Part shown: in pieces, positions 37,201 to 49,167 of the stretch
How the letters are laid out: every line of letters starts with the position of its first letter
Position numbering within the stretch: position 1 is the stretch's first letter
From: Octopus bimaculoides
Taxonomy: Eukaryota
Assembly (NCBI RefSeq): GCF_001194135.2
Contig: NC_068985.1
Location: 18,437,040 to 18,501,039, forward strand
Reading direction: 5' to 3'
DNA length: 64,000 bases
Translations under genes and position numbers: made by a program
The notes under the pieces: generated by a model
What the model saw: the letters and a program-made list of their open reading frames with translations, nothing else
The model's database searches: none
Told to the model about the DNA's origin: nothing

Positions 37201-38561
37201 ACGTAAATTACGGGAGAAAATGAGGTGTGTGTAAAACATCAGGTTGTAGACGTACAGTCTGGAGGAATAACATTTGTAAGACATGAATAAATTCAGTTGC
37301 ACTTTCTACAATTTAAAGGTTTTTCAAGTTGAAGCTGATATCAGTTCCGTTATACAATACAATGTGAGACAAATGTCATAATGTAGATATAAATCTTACT
37401 TTAGACGTCAATTTCAGCAAACACGGTAATAACGATATAAGCTTCGTAACAGCTTAAAATAAACGAAGACAAATGACAAATGGAGAAGAGAGAAATTGCT
37501 CCAGAGTGGTTAAAACAACTTTGGCTTAATGGTCATAATGACTAAAATGGTACTAAGTTAAACTCCTCTGCTCTATTAAAAGTGATAGAAGGAGCAGCTG
37601 GAAAATACATAGTTGACAGTTTGTCTTCACAGCAACTAACTGAACTTTTAGTTTTGGACACCCTTTAGACTTGGGCGGAAGTTGATGTTTGAATTTTCGC
37701 AACGCCAACATTAACTGGTCAGCGCCTGTCTCAAACAACTAACTTGTGCTACAGTAAAAAAAAAAAAAAAAAATTATCATGTCTTACTACAAGGTTATCC
37801 AACTTTCCTCTTCCCTTCAGGTTACCAATCTAACACTCGTCTTGCAATTCTTCTTGGAGATCTCCTTAGAGTGTGACCGTTCCAGCCCCATTTCCGTTTC
37901 AGAATTTCTTGATTGATGAGAGTTTGGTTCATTCTATCTCACAAACTTATGTTTGAAATTTCATCTAGTCACTGGCAAAGGTCTGTAGCTTACTCTTTAT
38001 AGCTTTGGTGACCCTCCAAGTTTTTGACCCTGATGAGGAAACCATTGTACAAAATTAGTTTCTCTATTGATTTGTTAGAGATTTTTTTCCTGCAAACATG
38101 CAGAGAGGGAGTTGTAAAATACCATCTGGTAACAGGTGGCACTGAGTTACAAAGATTTGAGAACCATTGATTTCGGTGTAGAAATTATTCAAAATGAAAA
38201 CGTTTGAATTATAATTCTCTACTAGGTTAAATTTAAAAGTATTTCAATATCAGAAATGGAATTTTAAAGATTTTAGTTGGGGTTTAAGTAGCACATACCT
38301 TTTTTAATGAGTAAACAGTCTAAAAACATATCAATATCCAGAAATATTCAGTTGTCAGATATTTGGTTGTAATTGTCATGTTAATATTTGGATTAATAAG
38401 CAACACGCAGTAAAGTATGTTTAGTTATGTGTGTATCTAGCCTTAAAAATTTAATGAAGATATGAATCCAACTTCAGCATTGATCTACAAAGTTCACCAA
38501 GGGAAGTAATCATAACTCTGCAAAAGCATTTCATATATTCATTTAGTATATATACTTATTG

Positions 38562-38780
38562 GGAGGCAGCAAGCTAGCAGAATTGTTAGTATGCCAGGCA
38601 AAATGCTTAGCAGCATTTCATCTATCTTTACTTCCTGGGTTTAAATTCCATCCTAGTTAACTTTGCCTTTCATCATTTTTGGGTTGATGAAATAAGTACC
38701 AGTTGAACACTAAAGCCAATGTAATCAACTTACACTCACCTTTGAAATTACAGGCCTTTTGCCAAAATTTGAAACTAATA
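38562..38780 (+). mobile_element. SINE family E
   Basis: ggcagcaagctagcagaattgttag...ctttgcctttcatcatttttgggttgatgaaataagtaccag. Confidence 0.75.
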
Positions 38781-39182
38781 TATACTAATTGGATCAGTGT
38801 GAAAGTACCATGGCCTTGTGGTTAGTGTGCTATACTTGTAATTGTAAAATCATGGTTTTGATTCCTAAACCAGCCAGTGCATTGTGTTCTTGAGTAAAGC
38901 ATTTCCTCAAACATTTCTTCAGTCCACTCAGGTGTAAATGAGTTCCAGCAATATCTGGGAAATTAGCCTTGTAACAGACTGCCATCCTGTTCAGGAAGGA
39001 GTTTTGAAATTAACAGCATTAATATCACATGACCTGAACTGAATAATAGGGGCCTAAATACATAGAAGTCATGTTGAATTTCTTTCAAACTCTCCATTCC
39101 AACTACAAATATCTGATGAGATGAGCATGTCTTGCAGATCTATGAAACAAAGCAATGTAGATCCATGAAACAAACAAATTAA

Positions 39183-39405
39183 CCCTTTCGATGCTAACCT
39201 GGATGAAACTGCTTCTGGTTCCGTAGTACAAATGTCTTTGTTTTCAAAAGTTCTGAATTAAAGTCTTACACCAAACCTTGATCACAGTTTATGTTCCTAA
39301 CACTAGCTTAATGATAACTAAGTTATTTTACTAAATTCTTTGTTATATTTAAAATTAATTGAAAGAAACACAAAGCATCTTAACAGAAATATGGTAACAA
39401 AAGCG
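39183..39405 (+). mobile_element. piggyBac-type MITE family G
   Basis: Colinear with 35249-35471; left TTAA. Confidence 0.8.
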
Positions 39406-39694
39406 TTATATACTTGTAACTCCAATCAAATGTGTGGCATGCAGGATATTTGATGATGATGATGAGGAGGAGGAGGAGGAGGAGGTTCACTCGTATATAT
39501 CTATATGTATATCATCACTTTCATCAATATCTCCACTGCAACAAGTACATTGTCATAAATTATCTCTAATGCAGTCATTTTATATTTGTTTTAAAAGGAT
39601 TGATTAAGGTTGTAGTTTTACAAACCTATGCTAACTGGACGTGGGTGGGGACTTGAAAATATAATCTAAGTGATTCCTTAACAGTGGTTTCCAG

Positions 39695-39789
39695 TTTTGC
39701 AAATGGCCGTTCAACAGGGTTAATTTTGGACAGTGGTGCCACACATACTACAGCTGTGCCTGTCTATGATGGTTATGTTTTAACACAAG
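39695..39789 (+). CDS. ACTL6A: ACTL6A exon: [31 protein letters not shown]
   Basis: ttccag|TTTTGCA...CAAG|gtaggt, 95 nt. Phosphate-2 loop DSG motif, nearly identical to recalled human sequence. Confidence 0.97.
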
Positions 39790-39861
39790 GTAGGTTATGT
39801 TCTTTGATTAATTTAACTGCATCATAGGCAAAAAAAACACACATTAAAATGCCTATTTACA

Positions 39862-40195
39862 CACCTTGTACCGTGACTTCACATCTCTCCATCTCTACTA
39901 GAGGAAACCATGTATTCACTTCTTCAGCAAGACATCTATTCCTGTCCCCACTTTTATAATTTCACATCCTTCAACGCTATACCCCCATTCAGTTGAGTGA
40001 TCTTGTCTTGCCTACTTACCTTGTACCTTGACTTCACATCTCTTTGTCTGTCTGCTTCTCTCTCTCTCTCTCTCTACTGGAGGAAGCCATGTATTCACCT
40101 CTTCAGCAAGACATCTATTCCTGTCTCCCCTATCATAATTTCACATCCTTCAACATTATATCCCCACTCAGTTGAGTGGTCTTGTCTTACGAGTA
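39862..40195 (+). repeat. Tandem duplication of a roughly 160-bp unit
   Basis: ccttgtacc.tgacttcacatctct...ccatgtattcac.tcttcagcaagacatctattcctgtc...cagttgagtg.tcttgtctt occurs twice. Confidence 0.85.
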
Positions 40196-40755
40196 CTTGA
40201 TTTCACTAGTGCTGGTGCCACGGAAAAAACCTCCATTGGTGTTAAGGACATCCAGCTGTTGAAACCATGCTGAAGCAGACAGGGCTTGGCACAACCCTCT
40301 GGCTCATTGGTTCCTGTTGAGCATGGCAGCATGGAAAAAAAAGACATTAAGTGCTGATGGTATCAACAGTATTGTTATTTTGTAGCTAGAAAATATGTAA
40401 CAGCTACGACAAATGTGAATCATACACATATTTACACACACACATTTTCACATATATATATATATACATATACACTCACACACACAAAGTTTTGACCATT
40501 TTTATATGTGGTCCAGATTCAAATCAACACCAGAGTATATATGCAAATATTTGTAGATATTTATGTGTGTGCTGTCTGTGAAAGTATATATTATTGGTAT
40601 GTTTGTGTTCATGCATATTTGAGTAAAAGCAAACAGCTATAGATATAGCTCTGCATCTGTGCTGTTATTACAGGAGTGTATATGTATATCTTATCTGATA
40701 AGAAGATCTGTATATTTCAGTACACATGTTAACATCATGAATATTCATGAAGGAA

Positions 40756-41410
40756 GGTGGTAGTAGGGAGCTTTAGGCTAGAAAGGAAGTTAAGTCGCAA
40801 ATATACTTGGTTAAAGCATAGGCAGAAAGAAAAAGATTTGCATGTCCTGCAAATTGCAGGTCAGAGGCTTAAAGTGTTTAGAATTGCAATGAGAGATCAG
40901 ACTGAGAAGTGTATTTGGAATGATGAAGGCATACTTACCATCGACGTGGAAGACAAGAAAGTAGCATGTAAGTGCTATTAAAAAAGGCTGCTGAACATGG
41001 AGATCACATAGGATAAAGAAATGCTACTTTATGCGATCCTGCAGGAGACGAGCAATTCTGTTGATGGCTGTGTGGTAGATAAAGCACTCAAGGACATGAA
41101 GAGAAAGAGAGAGCTGCAGGTCTAACAGGGATATTTGAAGAGACTCAAACTATCTGGTGGGGTAGGATACACAATTATCACCCAGATAATCAAGTCATAC
41201 AAACTGTCATGCCCTATTAGACTTACATAGGAGTATTATTGTAAACTATTACAAAGGCAAAGGAGATACCTTAGAAAGATGCAACTATAGAAGAACCATA
41301 GTTCTAGACCAAATTATTAAGGTCATAGAGAAAACCATAGCCCATTGATCTGATAGAGCAAACCTGGATGGAATACAGCTAAGCTTTGACCCCAGGAGAT
41401 GCATCACAGA
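40756..41410 (+). mobile_element. Decayed RTE LINE fragment (linker + RT N-half)
   Basis: Nucleotide and peptide similarity to 1-399 and 27560-27900 (..KGKGDTLE..NYR..VLDQI). Confidence 0.75.
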
Positions 41411-42073
41411 TGTAATCTTCCAAGTTGAAATGTGGGCACGTAAAAAGCACCATTTGAGCATGGCTGATGCCAGTGCTGCCTGACTGACACCCATGCTGGT
41501 GGCATGTAAAAAGCACTTACTACACTCAGAGTGGTTGGCATTAGGAATGGCATGCAGCTGTAGAAACTTTTCCAAATCATATAAGGGCCTAGTGCAGTCC
41601 CCTGGCTTTCCAGTTCGTAGTCAAACCGTCCAACCCATGCCAGCAGAGAAAGTGGACGTTAAACAACAACGATGATGATGAGTCCTGTTACTTTTTGATC
41701 AGCCTTCATATATATATCATAATTGTGACTGTGTGGCTCCAATAGTCCCAGTTGACCAAGACCTTGTGAGTGGATTTGTTTGGCAGAAACTGTTTGTGGG
41801 TTTGTGTCTCCTTGATTTTACATTGCATGATTCTTGTAAATGAGTGTCACTCTCATACAGACAGTGCCATCCATTTCCAGTATTCTGTGAAAACATGGCT
41901 GAGCATGAGGAAATATTAACTTGATTAGAAACAAGTGAATGTTGGTGACGGAAAGGGCATCAAGCCACAGAAAATCTTCCAAGTTAAAAACTCCATCTGA
42001 CCCATGCCAGCATGGAGAAACAGATGTTAAAATGGTGATGCTGATGTATAAAATGTTTGTGCTCTATTTTTAG

Positions 42074-42180
42074 CAATTGTAAAATCCCCGCTGGCAGGTG
42101 ACTTCATCATCATGGAAAGCAAGAAAATGTGTGAAGAACTTGATATTGAGATTGTCCCGCCATACCTTATACGTGCAAAG
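42074..42180 (+). CDS. ACTL6A: ACTL6A exon: (A)[35 protein letters not shown]
   Basis: ttttag|CAATTG...GCAAAG|gtaagg, 107 nt. [10 protein letters not shown] and IE.VPPY motifs. Confidence 0.96.
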
Positions 42181-43574
42181 GTAAGGAATGTTTTTTGTTT
42201 TTAGAAAAATTGAATAATAATAATAATAATTGCAGTACCAGACAGTGGCTCTTATGGCTTTTGAAATTAACTGATTGGAAGTGTTATCATGTACATTGTT
42301 TTGTCTTGGTTTAAAAAGATGGGCTACAGCAAATATTCTGCTCAATACCACAGATTTGCTTGTCAGTTGTTTAACTTTAACCAGTTGAGCATGTCCCTTA
42401 ATGGCTGATGATATGTGCATCTCTAATCATGAGCAGTAGTGGGGGAGCATCATAACCATGTCATCATCATCATCATCATCATCATCATCGTTTAACGTCC
42501 GCCTTCCATGCTAGCATGGGTTGGACGATTTGACTGAGGACTNNNNNNNNNNNNNNNNNNNNNNNNNNNNNNNNNNNNNNNNNNNNNNNNNNNNNNNNNN
42601 NNNNNNNNNNNNNNNNNNNNNNNNNNNNNNNNNNNNNNNNNNNNNNNNNNNNNNNNNNNNNNNNNNNNNNNNNNNNNNNNNNNNNNNNNNNNNNNNNNNN
42701 NNNNNNNNNNNNNNNNNNNNNNNNNNNNNNNNNNNNNNNNNNNNNNNNNNNNNNNNNNNNNNNNNNNNNNNNNNNNNNNNNNNNNNNNNNNNNNNNNNNN
42801 NNNNNNNNNNNNNNNNNNNNNNNNNNNNNNNNNNNNNNNNNNNNNNNNNNNNNNNNNNNNNNNNNNNNNNNNNNNNNNNNNNNNNNNNNNNNNNNNNNNN
42901 NNNNNNNNNNNNNNNNNNNNNNNNNNNNNNNNNNNNNNNNNNNNNNNNNNNNNNNNNNNNNNNNNNNNNNNNNNNNNNNNNNNNNNNNNNNNNNNNNNNN
43001 NNNNNNNNNNNNNNNNNNNNNNNNNNNNNNNNNNNNNNNNNNNNNNNNNNNNNNNNNNNNNNNNNNNNNNNNNNNNNNNNNNNNNNNNNNNNNNNNNNNN
43101 NNNNNNNNNNNNNNNNNNNNNNNNNNNNNNNNNNNNNNNNNNNNNNNNNNNNNNNNNNNNNNNNNNNNNNNNNNNNNNNNNNNNNNNNNNNNNNNNNNNN
43201 NNNNNNNNNNNNNNNNNNNNNNNNNNNNNNNNNNNNNNNNNNNNNNNNNNNNNNNNNNNNNNNNNNNNNNNNNNNNNNNNNNNNNNNNNNNNNNNNNNNN
43301 NNNNNNNNNNNNNNNNNNNNNNNNNNNNNNNNNNNNNNNNNNNNNNNNNNNNNNNNNNNNNNNNNNNNNNNNNNNNNNNNNNNNNNNNNNNNNNNNNNNN
43401 NNNNNNNNNNNNNNNNNNNNNNNNNNNNNNNNNNNNNNNNNNNNNNNNNNNNNNNNNNNNNNNNNNNNNNNNNNNNNNNNNNNNNNNNNNNCACATGAGC
43501 CAGTCCAGGGGCACCGGCAACGATCCTGCTCGAAAAAAACCTCATGTGTCACCCGCACAAGAGCCGGCCCAGGG

Positions 43575-43898
43575 GGAATTCTTTGGGGTTTGGATAATTC
43601 ACCTTTGGAAACATAGGTGTTTTGTTCAGCATCTTTAAACAACCCTTATTCAGGGACCTTCTGAGCAGGATGAGCTACTCGACCTGAAGAAAATTCTAAC
43701 TGGGCCCCACCTGCAAGGTCATGCACTGTTTATCTTGATATGAGATCGCCATGTCGCGCACATATGGTTGTGATGCATGTGCCTGGTGTATCCTTATCAG
43801 ACGGGTAGTCATGATGGGTACACTGGGCTTCGTATATTTTACCCCAGTGTCACTTGATGGCATACTCTGCTCTCTCACTCAATAATAATAATAATAAT
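43575..43898 (+). mobile_element. Non-coding retroposon-like element ending in (AAT)n
   Basis: Higher-GC body terminating in aataataataataataat; no ORF recognised. Confidence 0.45.
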
Positions 43899-43899
43899 T

Positions 43900-44160
43900 G
43901 GTGCATTGGGAACTATGAGCAAAGATGTAGACATGGTTGACAGAGATTGGAATAGAATGCTCTGTAGAGCTTCTACAGAAAGTTTGCCTCTTAGCGACAG
44001 GAAAGATTAACAGGAGGGTCTTAAGCACTTGAAAGACTATTGAAAGCTTGCTGATGCTTAAGGTTACAGGTAATAACCCATTGCCCATGTAAATTCTACC
44101 AAGAATATGAACAAACCTGAGTCAAATCAATCAAAAATAATAAAAACATCAATAATAATA
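43900..44160 (+). mobile_element. R4/Dong-clade LINE 3' end
   Basis: GALGT...(frameshift)WLTEIGIECSVELLQKVCLLATGKINRRVL* matches the GALG...LQK..LLGT..I.R.VL C-terminus of R4/Dong ORFs; AAT-rich tail. Confidence 0.7.
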
Positions 44161-44582
44161 GTATTAATTGAAAGGTAAAAGAATGAAGTTAATGGAGTCT
44201 TTAGATTTGAGTTTAAGCCTAATAAAATCCTCTCTGTGTACTTATTTAAAAAATATTGTATTTTGTGTAACAGATAATAGAAATTTTATCTTTGTTTGTA
44301 TTAAACCAATTTATTCTTGCAATATCAACCAGACGGGGAAATGTCAGCATCTAAAGTTGCTTTGGGGATTCCTATGCGTTTTATTCACAACAAATTAATC
44401 AATTTGAACACAGAATTCCTTTGATAAGTTAAATTTTGGTACTTATCATTAGAGTTTTATGTTTAGTATAACTCTGCCAGCAGATATTTGAAATTTTTCT
44501 TATAAGGTGCTGTGAAAGGAAAGAAAGAAGAGGTTAGATTTTATTGTACCTCAGGAGAATTGTTACACCAGTAATCAACACA

Positions 44583-44914
44583 TGCATTGGTTCTATTTCA
44601 CTTCTCTTGTTATTAGTCACTTAGTCAAGCAATTAACTTATAGATAGTTTATTTAATTGTTTGGTCAGTTAGTTTGGTTTGTTAAAGTCCCTTCTTTGCC
44701 ATTTGCAACCTCATCAGTGACATGCCCTCTCTACAACAGGTCTACCACAGCATCTCCATGACCAAACAGACCTCGAGTAGAAAGGGCATGTCATTGATGA
44801 GGTTGATTGATTGATTGACTGAACGATTAATTAAACAATCAGTTTGTTTATTGGTTAAATGATTAACTAATTAACTAACAACAATAATAAGATAAGTGAA
44901 ATAGAACCAGTGTG
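44583..44914. repeat. Fold-back element with outer 21-bp and inner 29-bp inverted repeats
   Basis: 44583-44603/44894-44914 and 44706-44734/44777-44805. Confidence 0.75.
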
Positions 44915-46166
44915 TTTATTATGGGCATAATGACCCTCACAACTTGAGCAAAATCTGTTTCAGTACGAGTTCACATCAAGAATTTTGCCATCCAAATAAA
45001 AAGGGGCTAGATGCAAAAAATTTGGTTAGATTCTGTTTTATGTTTAAGTCTTCCTTTACAATGTGGGGTTAACCACATTTCTCTGTAAGGAGCATAAGGC
45101 CAGTTTTCTGGTTTCTCTAGTGTGTATACTCCTCTCTGGATGGGATGGTAGTCTGTTGCAGGATTCCTCATTTTCACTGGCTGAATGGATTGCAGCAACA
45201 TGAAATGAAGTGTTTTGCTCAATAACACAACACACCACGTGGTCTAGGAATTGAAACCACAATGTTATGATCAGGGGTCCAACACCCTAACCACTAAGCC
45301 ATGCACCTCCACTTCCTATACAATGATTAGAGAAAATTCATCAGGATGTATAACAATGGAGATGACAAAGGACATGATGAGTGGAGAGATGTAGTGTTGA
45401 ATGAACTCGTGCCAGCATAATGAACTATGTAAAACCTTATAGAAAGAAATCTTGTTCCTTGCAATAAATACATCTAAACAAATTTTTTCGTGGACCCTTA
45501 AAATACTACTGTGGATTTCCAATTAACTACTTTGCCTGCATGGACCCCTAAAAATCTTCTATGAATCCCGGTTGAGAACCATTGTTCTAGATCCTTCTTG
45601 AACATCTTAGTTCAAGGGTTATAAATAGGCTTCTTCTTGAGTGCCAACTTGGCAGAGTGTCGTAGACGTCTGGACAGAATGTTGTCTTTACTGTTGCTAA
45701 TCTTAATTGCGTAGAGACTGGCTGATTCATTCCCTTGCTGCTTTTAAACAGTTGTTCTTATGACTACTATTCAACCTTATGGACAGCAGCTAATGTTTTG
45801 CAGACATGCTGCTATAGTTTTACGATGTGAACCCTGTGAATATATTTTCTCCTGTCTCGGCAAGCTTAAGTAGAGAGCTTTTGTAATCAGCTATTTATAA
45901 ATACTGCAGAATTATTCTTTCAGTTGTGTTGACTCTTGGAAATTTCCTAATTCATGACCCACCTGAATATCACTTGTGCAGTGAATAAATGCTATTGAAT
46001 GTTTGCATGGTGTTGTTATATCATTCACACACAGCCTTACCTACAAAACACTATTTGCAACAAATATATTAACTCATTCAGACCCAAACAAAAGCTTGTT
46101 TCTTAAAGTTGTAAAAATGAATTTTCCAAGATGTCTATCAGTAATTAATTTTCACTGTAATTCCAG

Positions 46167-46253
46167 GAAGCTGTACAAGAGAATGAATCACCTAAATATA
46201 TAAAAAGGGAAGTTCCTGAAGTTACTAAATCATTCCATAACTACATGGTCAAG
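46167..46253 (+). CDS. ACTL6A: ACTL6A exon: EAVQENESPKYIKREVPEVTKSFHNYMVK
   Basis: ttccag|GAAGCT...GTCAAG|gtaaat, 87 nt. Corresponds to the Arp4-specific insertion (EAV...P.VT.S.HNYM). Confidence 0.93.
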
Positions 46254-46974
46254 GTAAATTTCTTTGGTATTTTACTAATTTCTTACATAAACACTACTGT
46301 ATACCTAAGTAGGGCTTCTGTCAGTCAGGATTGACCATGTATCTGTACATGTTCATGCAGGCTTGAGCAAGATTTTTTTTTATGGAAGACTGGTTGCTGT
46401 ACATTCTTGCAAGTCACTTTCTTGACAAATTGGTGCCACGTAAAAAGCACCGATGATGGTGCCACATAAAAAGTGTTCATGCTGGTGACATTGTTAGTAT
46501 GCCGGGTGAAATGCTTAGTGGTATTTTGTCTGCTGTTACGTTCTGAATTCAAATTCTGCTGAGGTTGACTTTGCCTTTCATCCTTTTGGGTCGATTAAAT
46601 AAGTACCAGTTATGCACTGGGTTGATGTAATCGAATTATTCCCTTTGTCTGTCCTTGTTTGTCCCCTCTGTGTTTAGCCCCCTGTGGGCAATAAAGAAAT
46701 ATATATATATTTGTTTATCTGCCCCACAGCTTGACAACCAGTGTTGGTTTGTTTACATCCTTATCCTAGCTGTTCAACAAAAGAGACTTAGTACTTAAAA
46801 ATACGTACTAGGGTGGCATGAATTGTTTGAGTAAGCCTTTTAACGCAATGCTCCAGCATGACTGCAGTCCAATGACTGAAACGAATAAAAGATAAAAAAT
46901 AAAATATTTGATGACTTTTGTGTTTTCTACCTGATTCTTTATCAATTAATTTATTCCTTTTTATTTCTTACTAG

Positions 46975-47036
46975 GATGTCCTTCAAGATTTTGTTGCTAC
47001 TGTTTTGCAAGTGTCTGATAGTCCTTATGAAGAAAG
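46975..47036 (+). CDS. ACTL6A: ACTL6A exon: DVLQDFVATVLQVSDSPYEE(S)
   Basis: tactag|GATGTC...GAAAG|gtagag, 62 nt. QDF..VLQVSD motif. Confidence 0.94.
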
Positions 47037-47634
47037 GTAGAGTATTATCTTTGGTTTCGTCTATATTTTCTCCTTTTAACTATTTGTCATCTATAATGGT
47101 TTATTTTCATAAGACAATGGGAAACTGAAATATTTCTTGCATTCAAATAACAACATTTTGCAAGATTGGCACTTAGCTACATGTGTTGTGGGTTGATCCC
47201 ACTTAGCTACATGTGTTGTGGGAGGGTGCAGTTGATCCAGTCAGACCAGCATTTGACTGGGGAATGAATTACTTTAGCAGCCTGAAAAAAGGTGAAAATA
47301 TAAAAAATTGACTTAATGGAACTTGAATTAAGAACTTAAAAGGGAGATAACCAATATTAATATAGATTCCAACATGGTTATGTGGTTAAGAAGCTCACTT
47401 TGATACCATGTGGTTTTGGGTTCAGTCCAACTGCACAGCACCTTGGGCTAGTGGATTCTCCTATAACCCCAGGTTGAGCTTTGTGAGTGAATTTGGTCGT
47501 TGGAAACTGTGTGGAAGCCTATCATGTATATATATATATATATAGTTTGCAGATATGAGACTGGTATTCTCTGTATAGAATAGGCTTTGCAGTACTCAAG
47601 AAATTTTAATTTGAGCAGGTAGGGGAGTAAATGT

Positions 47635-47908
47635 AAGGACAAGCAATTTAGCCAAGTTGATATATAACAAATATTAAATACATTTAATACAAAAATAAAA
47701 AAAAGTCTGACTTACACAGAATGGAAATGGTATCAGGAATTAACGGGTTTGAGTAGGAGTTTTACTTGTAAAATTCTTACTCAATTTCCTTAATTCCTAA
47801 TACCATTTCCATTCTGTATAAGTTGGAATTTTTTTTATACGTAAATATATGTATATTCTTTGTATTTAATATTTTTTCTATATTGACTTGCCTAACTTGC
47901 TTGTCCTT
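47635..47908. repeat. Long imperfect hairpin
   Basis: acttacacagaatggaaatggtat..gagttttac tt gtaaaattc..ataccatttccattctgtataagt, plus outer arms aaggacaagcaa/ttgcttgtcctt. Confidence 0.8.
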
Positions 47909-48099
47909 TCATTAACACCTAAATATAATAAATATATGTATAGTTTACAGTTCCATATTAGGTAGGATCAATAAAAAAATAAAAAAATGTACTCTATCCA
48001 GTGAGAGAGAGAGAGGTACTTAAAGCATGAAACTATTAGTAGCTCTTTTGTAATTGTATATATTAAATGATATATATATATATATATATATATAAGCAG

Positions 48100-48425
48100 A
48101 TATTGTGCCGGTGGCATGTGAAAAGGCATTCGAGTGAGATCGTTGCCAGTGCCGCTGGACTAGCTCCTGTGCTGGTGGCACGTAAAATACACCATTTCGA
48201 GCGTGGCCGTTGCCAGTACCGCCTGACTGGCCTTCGCGCCAGTGGCACGTAAAAGCACCCACTACACTCTTGGAGTGGTTGGCATTAGGAAGGGCATCCA
48301 GCTGTAGAAACTCTGCCAAATCAGATTGGAGCCTGGTGTAGCCATCTGGTTTTACCAGTCCTCAGTCAAATCGTCCAACCCATGCTAGCATGGAAAGTGG
48401 ACTTTAAATGATGATGATGATGATA
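48100..48425 (+). mobile_element. SINE family B, young copy
   Basis: CpG-rich and well conserved; ends in (GAT)n. Confidence 0.8.
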
Positions 48426-49052
48426 CATGTGTGTGTGTATCTATGTTTGTTACATTGCACTATCACTTGATAACTGCTATTGGTTTGTGGACATCCCAGT
48501 AACTTAGTTGTGTGACAAAAGAGTCTGATAGAATAAGTACCAGGTTTAAAAACAAGTACTGGGGTTAAGATAGTGCTCCAGCATAGCTGCAGCCCAATGT
48601 CTGACACAAATAAGATAAAATAGCAAATTTATTTTTTTAAGATAAATTTGGCATCTACTATTTCTGACATTCTCAGTTGAATGAAATTAAAATATATTGA
48701 CATTTTAATTCTTCACAGCAAATAAATTCTTTCTGTATGTATGATAAATAAGACATTATATATAATCACTTTAATCCTTTAGCATTCAAACTGACCATAT
48801 CCAGCCCAAATATTCTACCTGTTTCATATTCAAGCCAGCCAAATCTGGCTTCTTGCGCCTACTCTACAATATCATTCTAAAAATATATGATCACATCATC
48901 AAAATCTTGAAGTCACAAGCTTATACAAAACAGTGTGAATAGATAAGCATTATACTTGACCTATTAACCTGAATGCTAAAGAATTACTTGCGCTTTTTAC
49001 ATATCTTCATAACCTTTCTGATATTTCCTGTATCAATTTGTTTCTTCTCCAG

Positions 49053-49167
49053 CCAAACTGATACAATGCCATCACTTCACTATGAATTTCCAACAGGTTA
49101 CAACCAAGAGTTTGGTTGTAAAAGGTTTAAAGTAAGCGAAGGCCTATTTGATCCAAGCATTATCAAG
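49053..49167 (+). CDS. ACTL6A: ACTL6A exon: [38 protein letters not shown]
   Basis: ctccag|CCAAAC...ATCAAG|gtaaca, 115 nt. HYEFP.GY and EGLFDPS motifs. Confidence 0.95.

Larger units (their letters stand above)
35206..39694 (+). other. U12-type (minor spliceosome) GT-AG intron of ACTL6A
   Basis: 5' splice site GTATCCTTTT at 35206 and branch point TTCCTTAAC at 39674-39682. No polypyrimidine tract; AG at 39693-39694. Splicing restores the frame (GC+T = Ala). Confidence 0.93.

Noticed and set aside
38030-38046. CTGATGAGGAAAC hammerhead-like motif
   Set aside because: No room for stem II and no stem I or III complementarity.
42485-43642. Long ORFs in the supplied track spanning N runs (also 1994-3007)
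   Set aside because: Artefacts of translating gaps as X; the flanks are SINE sequence.
47171-47223. 23-bp direct repeat cacttagctacatgtgttgtggg with a 7-bp spacer
   Set aside because: Only two units in a eukaryotic intron; a simple local duplication, not a CRISPR array.
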